A DNA stretch of 57,052 nucleotides. It comes from Candidatus Hermodarchaeota archaeon (lineage in GTDB: Archaea; Asgardarchaeota; Hermodarchaeia; Hermodarchaeales; Hermodarchaeaceae). The position numbers and the translations under genes were made by a program. Below, piece after piece: positions 39,196 to 48,501 of this stretch (position 1 is its first letter; the number at the start of each line of letters is the position of its first letter). The DNA is taken from positions 1-57,052 of the forward strand of contig JAEOUH010000033.1 in the NCBI GenBank assembly GCA_016839365.1, written 5' to 3'. Below the pieces are notes generated by a model that worked only from the letters and a program-made list of their open reading frames with translations, had not been told where the DNA came from and did no database searches.

Positions 39196-40773
39196 TTATG
39201 GGGTTAGGGGGAACCCTGTTGGGTTAAGTGGGAAAGCAAAGGGGAACTGCTGTGTGAGTCCAATCAAGATCGGGTTGAGCACAATGAAGGGCAAAACACC
39301 GATGATTATGATGAGGGCAGCAAGTAGAAGCATGGGGAGTCGCATGGTCCATGGACTCTCTTCGATTTTTTCCATTTCAGTGGGCGTAGGTCCAAAGAAC
39401 ACACGTTTAATGAACCAGAGGACATAAGCGGCGGTGACAGCTGATCCTGCTACAGCAAAGATCACCAACCAGATCGTATAAGCAAAGGCAGCTCCAGCAA
39501 AGATGAAGAATTCGGAGAAGAACCCAGCCAATGGTGGAGTGCCCGCGATGCTAAGGGCAGCGATTAATGCAATGGTTGCGGTCCAGGGCATCTTCTTGGC
39601 TAGACCACCCATGGCGTTAATGTCACGTCCGCGCTCATGGCCTACTTTGACGATGAGGACGCCGGCGACCATAAACAAGAGACCTTTACCTAGGGCATGA
39701 GTGAAGATATGGAAGGTTGCTCCTGACACGCCAAGGAGCACTGCGGTTCCAAGTCCGAAGAAGATGTAACCCATCTGGGATATCGATGAATAGGCAAAGA
39801 GCCGTTTAGTATCCTTTTGGGCTAGCGCCATGGCTCCGCCATAAAACATCGTTATGAGCCCAAAGATCATAATAATTGGTATGAAGGTTGCGAAAGCAGG
39901 TAACAGATAACCCATCAGGATTCGGACAATCGCGTATGCGGCTGTGGCAATCATGACTCCGGATAAGATGGCACTGATAGGAGTAGGTGCTTCAGCGTGT
40001 GCGTCTGGAAGCCATGAGTGAATGGGAAAGATAGCCATTTTCACAGCAAACCCAATAGTGAGAAGAATAACCAAAATCTTTGTAATTTCAAAGAACGGTT
40101 GGGTAAACAAGGTGGGTATGCCACCGGGCCAGATCCAGTGCAAGTCGATTGTTGGGGTTAGCCCTGCTTGCGAGAAGTCATAAAGGTTGAGGGTCGCAAC
40201 TCCATTGTAGGCTGAAAGGGCATACATACCAGCGATTCCGACAATGATGAGAACGGCACCAACATGGGTATAGATGAAGTATTTGAGGGCGATATTGGTG
40301 GATTGGGGTTTTGTTCCCCATTCGGCGATGAGGAAGTAGCTGGGGATGAGCATGAGCTCCCAGAAGATATAGAACTGAAAGAGGTTGGTAGCAATGACAA
40401 CACCAAAGATCCCGGCGTTGTATAGAAGGAGCAAGGCGTAGTATTTCCCTTTACCATGTTCATCCTTCATGTAGGCCAGCGAATAAATAGTGGCCGCCAT
40501 CGTGAGAATGATGACTATTCCCGCAACGGTGACACTGAGTCCATCCAAGAGCCAGCCAAAGTGGAAGGGTCCCCAAATAAACTCTTCGAAATAGACGCCG
40601 CCGTTGATGAGATATTCATTCCATGCTAGGATATAGGTGACCATGCTGGCGAACATTATCAGGATCGCGAAGAAACCAGCAGAGCGTCCGTTTCGCCGAC
40701 CAATAATGTATGCGATGATCGAGCCGATTAATATGAGCAACATAGTAACTGTTAGCCAAGGTAAGAGCGCCAT
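39196..40773 (-). CDS. nuoM: NuoM-like antiporter subunit
   Basis: FYIFWELMLIPSY, KYFIYT, FAVKMAIFPIHSWLPDAHAEAPT, KRLFAYSSISQMG, AGTPPLAGFFSEF. Confidence 0.88.
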   Translation of the reverse strand: MALLPWLTVTMLLILIGSIIAYIIGRRNGRSAGFFAILIMFASMVTYILAWNEYLINGGVYFEEFIWGPFHFGWLLDGLSVTVAGIVIILTMAATIYSLAYMKDEHGKGKYYALLLLYNAGIFGVVIATNLFQFYIFWELMLIPSYFLIAEWGTKPQSTNIALKYFIYTHVGAVLIIVGIAGMYALSAYNGVATLNLYDFSQAGLTPTIDLHWIWPGGIPTLFTQPFFEITKILVILLTIGFAVKMAIFPIHSWLPDAHAEAPTPISAILSGVMIATAAYAIVRILMGYLLPAFATFIPIIMIFGLITMFYGGAMALAQKDTKRLFAYSSISQMGYIFFGLGTAVLLGVSGATFHIFTHALGKGLLFMVAGVLIVKVGHERGRDINAMGGLAKKMPWTATIALIAALSIAGTPPLAGFFSEFFIFAGAAFAYTIWLVIFAVAGSAVTAAYVLWFIKRVFFGPTPTEMEKIEESPWTMRLPMLLLAALIIIIGVLPFIVLNPILIGLTQQFPFAFPLNPTGFPLTP

Positions 40774-40784
40774 TTTGTTTCACC

Positions 40785-42959
40785 TCATGGTAAGAAGGGA
40801 ATGGGTATCATCAGCACGCCTCCTAGAAACTGAAACAGCAACAGGAGGATGATGAATAAGAGGGCACCGATGAGCAGCAGAATCATGTTCCAACTGTGGA
40901 CACCGGTTTGAATTCGACGCCACCGACGGCTCAACCCAACGGAGCCGTAAGCGATTGCATAATTTGCACGGTCAATACCTTTGATTTCAACCTTATTGAA
41001 CAGACCTCGGGCAAACCAGAGCCCGCCATTGACGAAGATCTTGTACATCAGGGCATTCCAATACCAACGACGGTCCAAGAACTTATAGAGCCCACCAAGG
41101 GCACCGCGGCCAACGAACTCGGGACTCCAACTTCGACGGATATAGAACATGTATCCAAGAAGGCCACCTAGCAGGATAACCCCTAAGGAGATGAGAAAGG
41201 TGGGAGAGATGCCATAGACAGGATTGGTGAAGACATGTTCGAAGAAGTAAATGTAGTCTTCAATTATTGTGCCAAAGTGGGGGTAGCCAGGAATCAGGTT
41301 AAATTGGTCGTGCCAGAAAGTGAAGAAGTACCGTTCAAACAGGGGTTGTAAGAATCCAATCACCAGGGTAATCCCGGCAAGAATGGCCAGGGGAATCCAC
41401 ATGACCCCGGGGGGATCGTGAGCGGGATGACCTTCAGATTCCAGGGACTTAACATGGGCACTGGGTTCACCATAGAAGGTAAGCCCAATCATTCGGAATG
41501 AATAGAAAATCGTCATTATGGCAGTGATTGCACCAAAGGCGAGGAAGATCCAGCCCCAGATACTGCCCATGGCGCCAAGTTCCCACGCTGAGGCGAAGAT
41601 GAGTTCCTTACTCCAGAATGCTCCAAAGGGTGGAACGCCACTAAGTGAGAGAACACCGATGAACATTACTATGAATGTAATAGGCATTAATTTTCGGAGC
41701 CCACCCATATCGGTCAAATATTTGGAGTGGACAGCATGGAGAACGGCACCTGCAGAGAGGAAGAGCAGGGCTTTGAAGACAGCGTGGGTGGCTAAATGAA
41801 AGACACCAGCGGTATAGCCGATAATTCCGTCAGCTGTGAAAGCGAAAATGCCTAGGGCCATGAACATGTAACCTAACTGGCTGATGGTGCTGAATGCCAA
41901 GACCTTCTTCAGTTCCTTCGATGTCAGGGCCATCGTTGCAGCCATAAACGATGTAAAGGTTCCGATGATGGCGATGATGAGGAAGAAGTTATTGAGCACA
42001 AAGGCAGTAATGGTCCCTGAAGTGGCAATAAATGCTGAAACCAGTATAGGTGCCATTCGCGCCACTAAGTAGACTCCAGCTTTGACCATGGCCGCGGCAT
42101 GGATAAGGGCAGATACGGTGGTGGGTCCGGCCATGGCTTCAGGGAGCCAGAACTGAAGTGGGAACTGGGCACTTTTTCCAATGGGTCCCAGGAAGAAGAG
42201 TAGAAATACACCCATAAGAAGTAGCCCGTTTAGGATTGCAGCCATATTATACAGCCAGGTGAAATCAGTCTGAAGCACCTGATAGTTTAGGGTCGGATTT
42301 CCTGCTGAAACTGTGAAGAATGCAATGAAAACAATCGAAATCAGGAGCCCAACGTCTCCAACTCGGGTAACGATGAAAGCCTTCATTCCACTGTGAGAGT
42401 TAAGTTTTCCTTCTGTCACTTCACCGAGTTGATCGTCCTTTACCATATTCTTTCGGTTATACCAGAAACCAATCAGGGCATATGAACAGAGACCGACGAT
42501 TTCCCAGCCAATGAATGTTACAAAGAGGGAGTTAGCCATCACCAACAAGGTCATTCCGCCAATGAACAATTGCATCAGGAACCAGTAACGGGTAAGGGAT
42601 TCATCTCCCTTCATGTAGCCTAGGCTGTAGACGAGAATGAGAAAGCCAATACCCGTTGCGATACAGGCCATGAAGACTGAGAGTGGATCGACAAGCACCC
42701 CAAACTGAATTGAGAAGTTAATGACTGGAACCGTAATCCATTCAATAGAGTGCTCATACCAGTAGAGTGGGGGGGTGCCGATCCAAGCAGCGCCACTCCA
42801 TATGAATGGCACCATGGCAAGGGCCATGATCATGCCTAATGCTCCGAAAATAACAGCTCCAAAGTCTCGGAGCCGCGGGTGTATTTTTGCGAAAATTGGT
42901 GTCAAGAGAGCCCCAATGAGTGGAAATAAGAAGCAAAGCCAAGCAATATAAGGAAGCAT
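40785..42959 (-). CDS. nuoL: NuoL-like antiporter subunit with long C-terminal extension
   Basis: FIGWEIVGLCSYALIGFW, KAFIVTRVGD, GKSAQFPLQFWLPEAMAGPTTVSALIHAAAMVKAG, HAVFKALLFL, RRIQTG. Confidence 0.92.
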   Translation of the reverse strand: MLPYIAWLCFLFPLIGALLTPIFAKIHPRLRDFGAVIFGALGMIMALAMVPFIWSGAAWIGTPPLYWYEHSIEWITVPVINFSIQFGVLVDPLSVFMACIATGIGFLILVYSLGYMKGDESLTRYWFLMQLFIGGMTLLVMANSLFVTFIGWEIVGLCSYALIGFWYNRKNMVKDDQLGEVTEGKLNSHSGMKAFIVTRVGDVGLLISIVFIAFFTVSAGNPTLNYQVLQTDFTWLYNMAAILNGLLLMGVFLLFFLGPIGKSAQFPLQFWLPEAMAGPTTVSALIHAAAMVKAGVYLVARMAPILVSAFIATSGTITAFVLNNFFLIIAIIGTFTSFMAATMALTSKELKKVLAFSTISQLGYMFMALGIFAFTADGIIGYTAGVFHLATHAVFKALLFLSAGAVLHAVHSKYLTDMGGLRKLMPITFIVMFIGVLSLSGVPPFGAFWSKELIFASAWELGAMGSIWGWIFLAFGAITAIMTIFYSFRMIGLTFYGEPSAHVKSLESEGHPAHDPPGVMWIPLAILAGITLVIGFLQPLFERYFFTFWHDQFNLIPGYPHFGTIIEDYIYFFEHVFTNPVYGISPTFLISLGVILLGGLLGYMFYIRRSWSPEFVGRGALGGLYKFLDRRWYWNALMYKIFVNGGLWFARGLFNKVEIKGIDRANYAIAYGSVGLSRRWRRIQTGVHSWNMILLLIGALLFIILLLLFQFLGGVLMIPIPFLP

Positions 42960-42978
42960 TTTTTCTTTTCACCCCAAG

Positions 42979-43314
42979 TTAATGGCGCAGTTTGTTGAGT
43001 TTTCGGATATCGAGGGTTCCGAATTTATTGTATGCTCGAATGAAAAAGGCTAAGGCAATTGCTATGACTCCACCGCCAATACAGATACTGACGATGACAA
43101 TCGCTTGAGCCATTAAGTCAATGTAAAAGCCCGACCAAGCCGTCGCAAATGTGATGAAGTTCAAATGGGCTCCGTCGAGTAGTAATTCCAACGCGATGAG
43201 GAATTTAATCATGTTCCGTTTCGTTGCCATCCCGTAGATACCCACAGCGTACAGGAAGACCGCCAAGATAAGAAATGCTTGCAATGGGACGCCTAAAATA
43301 TCAAGATATGTCAT
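42979..43314 (-). CDS. nuoK: NuoK/MrpC-like subunit
   Basis: Three TM helices, GIYG..KRNMIKFLIALELL, C-terminal GTLDIRKLNKLR. Confidence 0.88.
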   Translation of the reverse strand: MTYLDILGVPLQAFLILAVFLYAVGIYGMATKRNMIKFLIALELLLDGAHLNFITFATAWSGFYIDLMAQAIVIVSICIGGGVIAIALAFFIRAYNKFGTLDIRKLNKLRH

Positions 43315-43320
43315 CGTATC

Positions 43321-43632
43321 TTACTCCTTTTCCTCTGGTTTCGTCGATTCTTTCTTTACCTCGTAGAAGAACGCAGAGCTAGCTAGAGCAGCTGCCAGCA
43401 AAAACACACCAAGTAGGACCATATCGATCCCACGGAAATGCCAGAGCATATTCCCGAGCAACTGAATCATTGCATAAACATTATCAGGAGATGGGACAAA
43501 TCGGTGGACCCAAGATGCGGGGTTAACCACTACACTGGGATCCAAATAGAACCCAGTGGCCATTGCAATCACCCAGGCAGCAATAACGCCAAATAGGAAA
43601 GTGAGGATACAGCCAGCAACTTTGATTCTCAT
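43321..43632 (-). CDS. NuoJ C-terminal half / MbhE-like membrane subunit
   Basis: LGNMLWHFRGIDMV resembles the MbhE/MrpB FRGxD motif; lies between NuoJ-N and NuoK; ATGA overlap. Confidence 0.6.
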   Translation of the reverse strand: MRIKVAGCILTFLFGVIAAWVIAMATGFYLDPSVVVNPASWVHRFVPSPDNVYAMIQLLGNMLWHFRGIDMVLLGVFLLAAALASSAFFYEVKKESTKPEEKE

Positions 43633-43997
43633 CGGACGTCCTCCTCTTCAATCTCCCCAGTGCCACGACGGGTTGTTAATGAAATCCCAGAAATAATAAT
43701 CACGGTAACAGCCCCAGCATAAATCGCAAGTTGAAAGAAGGCGACCCAGATGGCGAAGAGTAGCAGGTAAATGAGAGCTAAGGTTATGGCTGAGCCGGCG
43801 AGGTAGAGGGCGGCATGTAGGAGATCTTTATCTTCAATGGCGAGTATAGCGAAGACAGCGGTCATGACAATGAGGATATAGATGGTCATAACTCGGAGTC
43901 CTGGGATGAACTGGTCGAGTGCCACAAGTAAAATCATAATGATGCTGAGAAGTATGAGGCCTAGTAGGCCAACGACCGCGGTACGTGATATTGACAT
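43629..43997 (-). CDS. NuoJ N-terminal half / MbhD-like membrane subunit
   Basis: KDLLHAALYL, LFAIWVAFFQLAIYAGAVTV (NuoJ Q..(V/I)YAGA motif). Confidence 0.8.
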   Translation of the reverse strand: MSISRTAVVGLLGLILLSIIMILLVALDQFIPGLRVMTIYILIVMTAVFAILAIEDKDLLHAALYLAGSAITLALIYLLLFAIWVAFFQLAIYAGAVTVIIISGISLTTRRGTGEIEEEDVR

Positions 43998-44186
43998 CGT
44001 TGGGTCTCTCCGTCACAGTGACTGAGGTATAGACCCGCCTTTTGCTGTGTTCTGCTTAAAAGTTTGACTACAAGTTTGAACTTTTGTCGTACTGACGGGA
44101 ATCGGGATTTTTCTTTGGTCATTTAATGAAAATGGTTATACGCGAAGAGCCTCCCATCTTCCTGAAGAAGCCTGTGTTCGGGAGGA

Positions 44187-44744
44187 TTGCTGACAGTATC
44201 GTTACCACCAACCATCTCAGTGTTTGGATACAAAGATTCGGGTAAGACTACAGTAACAACACACATTATTACTCACCTCGTTAAGCAAGGCCGGCGTGTT
44301 CTAAGCGCTAAACATGTTGGTGAACCTGAATTTTCACTTGATTCTCCAGGAACTGATTCATTTCGTCATTTAGAAGCGGGTGCGGAGGCGACATTTCTTC
44401 ACAGTAAAGCTTCAACGACCTTGCTGCTTCGCCAACCCATTGCCGATTTAAGACAACTTCTTCAGTATAGCATCTCGGTTGTACCTGCAGAGGTTGTTGT
44501 GTTGGAAGGATTTCGAGTTTGGACCCAGAAAGACCCACATATTGCAAAGATTATCTGTATCCGCACAATAGAGGAAATCGCTGAATTCCAGACAGAAACT
44601 GTGAGTCCGATTCTTGGCCAATGCACTCTTGATCCGAATATTACATCAGTGATTCATATTCCCGATGAGTTTCCATTCCTTTTGGAAGCAGTTGATAAGT
44701 GGCTTCTAAAAGCTCCATCCATTCCTATAGGTGAGAATGAATGA
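44187..44744 (+). CDS. mobB: Molybdopterin-guanine dinucleotide biosynthesis protein B
   Basis: GYKDSGKTT, SAKH, DSPGTDSFRH..AGA, VVLEGF. Confidence 0.9.
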   Translation: MLTVSLPPTISVFGYKDSGKTTVTTHIITHLVKQGRRVLSAKHVGEPEFSLDSPGTDSFRHLEAGAEATFLHSKASTTLLLRQPIADLRQLLQYSISVVPAEVVVLEGFRVWTQKDPHIAKIICIRTIEEIAEFQTETVSPILGQCTLDPNITSVIHIPDEFPFLLEAVDKWLLKAPSIPIGENE

Positions 44745-44908
44745 CATCTGATGAGAAAAAAATAACCCTGGTTGTATTTGGTCGTGAAATTGGTCTGAAC
44801 GAGTACGTTGACAAGCTCTTACAAACGGTGGTTCTGGCAGTAGTATCCACTCTTCGAGCACCCAAACCGAAGGGCACAGAGAAGGTCCGTATCGAAATCA
44901 GTGATTAG
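44741..44908 (+). CDS. 55-aa protein resembling the C-terminal domain of archaeal MobB (not in ORF track)
   Basis: ATGA overlap with the mobB stop; MTSDEKKITLVVFGREIGLNEYVDKLLQTVVLAVVSTLRAPKPKGTEKVRIEISD. Confidence 0.7.
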   Translation: MTSDEKKITLVVFGREIGLNEYVDKLLQTVVLAVVSTLRAPKPKGTEKVRIEISD

Positions 44909-44996
44909 CTACAAGACTGAGCTTGAAAAAAATTCCTGCGGGAGCAAGCCTTTTAAACAAAGCCATACCTTGAACTGCTAACGAGCCATAAAACCT

Positions 44997-45350
44997 GTGG
45001 TGAACGCTACAATGCAGGATTATTTCAGCTGGCTAAATAACATCAGCAACGTTGGCTGGTTCCTGACGGCCTTTGGCGTTGTCCTTCTCATTGTTCTTCT
45101 TATGTATTGGATAGGTAAACGTATTGCCCCTAATAATCCGACCAAGGAAAAGACCACTACCTATGCTTGCGGTGAAGACCTTGCCCCATCAAAGGCACAA
45201 TTTCACACGCACCTACTCCGTTACGCTGTCTATTTCACGATTTTTGACATCGTCGCCTTTGTGTTGGCGACATCAATGGGCGTCCTCGGATGGGTTCCAA
45301 TTATCTTCCTGGCTGTCGCGTTTCTGGCGATTATTATTCTGCGAAAATAG
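44997..45350 (+). CDS. nuoA: NuoA-like membrane subunit
   Basis: Three TM helices, KTTTYACGE loop, YAVYFTIFDIV. Confidence 0.85.
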   Translation: MVNATMQDYFSWLNNISNVGWFLTAFGVVLLIVLLMYWIGKRIAPNNPTKEKTTTYACGEDLAPSKAQFHTHLLRYAVYFTIFDIVAFVLATSMGVLGWVPIIFLAVAFLAIIILRK

Positions 45351-45367
45351 ACGAAGAGGTAATCGAA

Positions 45368-45802
45368 ATGGGTATCGTTGAAAAAATCGTAACCTGGGCT
45401 CGCATCAAATCCCCCTGGGTGCTTCATTTGAACTCTGGTGGATGCAACGGATGCGACATCGAAATTCTTGATGCGCTGACTCCCCGGTATGACTTGGAAC
45501 GCTTCGGCGTCCTCTTGAAGGGTAGTCCACGTCATGCTGATGTACTATTGTGTTCTGGTCCAATTACCAAGCAAACGGCCAAGCGGTTTCTGCGAATCTA
45601 CAATCAGACACCCGATCCGAAATTTGTTGTAGGGATCGGTTCCTGCACGATGTCCGGTGGAGTGTTCCGAGAATGTTACAATGTCATCGGTGGATTAGAT
45701 GGCGTCATTCCGGTGGACGCTTGGATTCCCGGATGTCCCCCGAAGCCTGAAGCGATTATATATGGTGTTGCTGCTCTACTCGGGAAATTAGCTGGTTCAT
45801 GA
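45368..45802 (+). CDS. NuoB/group-4 [NiFe]-hydrogenase small subunit-like Fe-S protein
   Basis: SPW..NSGGCNGCDIE, YDLERFG, SPRHAD, GSCTMSGG, IPGCPPKPE. Start moved to ATG 45368 after GAGGT. Confidence 0.92.
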   Translation: MGIVEKIVTWARIKSPWVLHLNSGGCNGCDIEILDALTPRYDLERFGVLLKGSPRHADVLLCSGPITKQTAKRFLRIYNQTPDPKFVVGIGSCTMSGGVFRECYNVIGGLDGVIPVDAWIPGCPPKPEAIIYGVAALLGKLAGS

Positions 45803-45834
45803 GTCTTTTACGGAATTGATGGAGGAAACAGATA

Positions 45835-46332
45835 ATGGCAAGTGAAGAGAAACCCCCAAAGAAGCCTACGAAAAAAGAAGGCGAAATGATGGCCGAGTTT
45901 GAAAAAGCCATGGGTAATGATTTTGTTTCTTCAGAATTTCTACGAGAACATAGCATCTATGTGACCGTTAAAGCTGAAGCTGTCCGAAAGGCTGTTGAAT
46001 GGATGAAGACCGAATGGGGACTTACCCATCTTTCCACCATTACCGGCATGGATCTCCGTGGTGAACTAGCGGTCATTTATCATTTTGAGGTCAAGGCTGT
46101 CTCAGTGAGCTTACACATACAGGTACCCACCTCTCATCCCGAAGTTGATTCTATTACCCCCCTAATTCCTGGTGCAGTCCTTTATGAACGCGAGGTCCAT
46201 GATTTGCTGGGAATCAAATTCAAGGGACACCCAAACCTCGCCCGGCTCATATTGCCAGAAGATTGGCCTAAGGACGTTTACCCACTTCGCAAAGATTGGG
46301 AATCACCACGACTTGATAAACCGGACAAGTAA
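45835..46332 (+). CDS. nuoC: NuoC/MbhK-like subunit
   Basis: HLSTITGMD, YEREVHDLLGIKFKGHPNLARLILPEDW...YPLRKD. Confidence 0.9.
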   Translation: MASEEKPPKKPTKKEGEMMAEFEKAMGNDFVSSEFLREHSIYVTVKAEAVRKAVEWMKTEWGLTHLSTITGMDLRGELAVIYHFEVKAVSVSLHIQVPTSHPEVDSITPLIPGAVLYEREVHDLLGIKFKGHPNLARLILPEDWPKDVYPLRKDWESPRLDKPDK

Positions 46333-46410
46333 ACAGGCATGTCCATTAGTATCATCAGTCGTTTTTGATGCGAGTCGATAGTGATTAGAAGTTAGGGACA
46401 ACTGGTGAGT

Positions 46411-47259
46411 CTATTTAGTTTTCTCGGGTTTGGTTCCAAGTTTTGTGTGGGTGCCAACTGTTCCATTGTTGAAGTGCGGTGAGCGATGTAGGTTATCACC
46501 ATATTTTTCAATTTCCCGGGCTTCATCCGCAAGGAATGCGGCGGAGCGCATCATTTCATGGGCACTCGCTACGAGGGGAATGTAATTGGCATGGTCTTTT
46601 TCCTTGAAACAACCCTTCACGTTGATAGGGGCCACTGCAACCGCCATTTCGTACGCTGCCATTGCTTTTGCCTTTGCGTAAGGATTGGTGAAATTGCCAG
46701 CATTGACAGCGCTCGCAGCATTAACAACAAGGGTTGGAAGCTTGGGAACTTTCCCGGCCGTGATGGTAGCGATGACCTCGTCTAGGGCCAGTTGTACTCG
46801 TCGAAGGGCACCAGTTGCTGCTAAAACCCGAATCACATCCGCATTGAAGAGAGCCATCTCAGTGGGATCCAAGAATTCCCGTCGTGCTCCAATCATCGAG
46901 TCAGCAGGAAGGAGGATATATCCAAATCCCGCCTCCGCAAGGGATTCGCGTTGATCCTTGGGTAATAAATCAGAAAGTAAGATGACAGGGATGCCTGCTT
47001 CCTTGACGAGATCTCTGGCTTTCGCCGGCCCTTTGAGGGCCGCATTGGGGCTTGGAATGAGTACGAGATGCGGTTTTTGTTCGATAAGCAATTTCGCGCT
47101 GCGTTCTGCAGCAGCTTCGTCCATTTTGGCTCCCGAGCCAATTAATACAACGTCGAAGTTTTCACGTTCTGCTCGTTCATCGAATAGAAGTTCGAGTAAT
47201 GGTGATGCTCCGATGTTACCGAGTTTGAGGACACCGAGGAGAAAGGGTGAGGAACTCAA
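46411..47259 (-). CDS. mtd: F420-dependent methylene-tetrahydromethanopterin dehydrogenase
   Basis: KLGNIG, DERAERE, GSGAKM, SPNAALKGP, ADSMIGARREFLDPTEMALFNAD, NPYAKAKA, VASAHEMMR. Confidence 0.95.
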   Translation of the reverse strand: MSSSPFLLGVLKLGNIGASPLLELLFDERAERENFDVVLIGSGAKMDEAAAERSAKLLIEQKPHLVLIPSPNAALKGPAKARDLVKEAGIPVILLSDLLPKDQRESLAEAGFGYILLPADSMIGARREFLDPTEMALFNADVIRVLAATGALRRVQLALDEVIATITAGKVPKLPTLVVNAASAVNAGNFTNPYAKAKAMAAYEMAVAVAPINVKGCFKEKDHANYIPLVASAHEMMRSAAFLADEAREIEKYGDNLHRSPHFNNGTVGTHTKLGTKPEKTK

Positions 47260-47367
47260 TGTTTAACCACCAATTAATTTTGATTAATTGTAGGGACTAG
47301 AAGCTTCTGTCGTGGTCTAATGAAAAAAGTGTTTACCTTCGAAGGAATAATCAGAGTAGAGTAAGGT

Positions 47368-48417
47368 TTAATGAGAGGTCTTGATTTTTGGCGTTGCGAT
47401 TTTTCGTAATCGGTTCAGTCCTTCATCAGCTAGTTCATCTTGCAACAACAGTCCTTTAGTGATCATCTCTTCAATTACGGCTTGTCCTTGCTCAGTACGG
47501 ATGAGAACTGAAGACCATTTGCTTGGAGTGCCTGCTCCACCTACGGAAATGTCAGCGAATTCGGAGGCGAAATCCTTGCATCCATGACAGCCTGGGTCAA
47601 TCCAGCCCTGCGCCTCAGTCAATGGGATTTCCAGCGATCCTTCGGCACCTCGAGGATAAACAAGGAGCTTGCCCTTGATATCGAGTTTCCGTAGGTTCGT
47701 CAAAGGAATGCCGAGTTCACCGACGATTTTGTCTTCCATCAGCTCCTTGAATTTGAACGTTTCACTGCAGAATAGCCCGATGGTCATGACCACGGTGCGA
47801 TCGACCTTCTTTAGTGGGGCTAGCCGCATTCGTTGGATAGCCTGGATATGACAGGGTGTGCCTACGACAGCAACTTGTTTGAGTTTCAGCTCTTTCATCG
47901 CTTCCTTAAGGGCTACAAGATTTGGTGATCGTGTGTATCGTGACTTGGTCGCAGAAATGATGGCTGTGCGGGTCATGGCAACCATTGGTTTGGGTTTCCA
48001 GGGCTCGTCGGGATGAATTCCAGAAACGATAGCTCCCTCAATGGCGCCGGTCTCAAGTAAGTGAAGGAGAATTGCGGTAACGACGCCACCATCTTGGGCT
48101 CGTTTTCGTATTGATTCATCCGCGTTTCGTAGGGCATAAGCTTGACGAAATACACCAAGGGCTGGATCCCGATTGACATTCTCTCCATATACAACTGGAT
48201 AGATAGTAGAATAATCGGCGATCATTCGGGGGCAGGATTTCCAGCAGAACTCACATTTCGTACAATCTTTCACAAGTGTAGGGGAAAGATTTTGGAGTTC
48301 AATGGCTCCGATGGGACAGGCTGCTTCGCAGCCACCACAACTGCAGCATTTTCCAGAATCAATTACATTGGCTTCGAGGTGCTCAAATCCCAGCTTTTCC
48401 TTACTCAACGGTTTCAC
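47368..48417 (-). CDS. FrhB/FpoF family F420-binding subunit with N-terminal 2x[4Fe-4S] domain
   Basis: CCSCGGCEAACP and CTKCEFCWKSCP; QDGGVVT, VGTPCH, GLFCSE, GCHGCKDFASEFADISVG. Confidence 0.92.
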   Translation of the reverse strand: MKPLSKEKLGFEHLEANVIDSGKCCSCGGCEAACPIGAIELQNLSPTLVKDCTKCEFCWKSCPRMIADYSTIYPVVYGENVNRDPALGVFRQAYALRNADESIRKRAQDGGVVTAILLHLLETGAIEGAIVSGIHPDEPWKPKPMVAMTRTAIISATKSRYTRSPNLVALKEAMKELKLKQVAVVGTPCHIQAIQRMRLAPLKKVDRTVVMTIGLFCSETFKFKELMEDKIVGELGIPLTNLRKLDIKGKLLVYPRGAEGSLEIPLTEAQGWIDPGCHGCKDFASEFADISVGGAGTPSKWSSVLIRTEQGQAVIEEMITKGLLLQDELADEGLNRLRKIATPKIKTSH

Positions 48418-48501
48418 CCTATTGCAAAGTGTTATTGTTCAGACAAAAAGGGTGTCGGCCTACTTAAACCTGTTAGACACACTGAACACGATAAAATCAG
48501 G

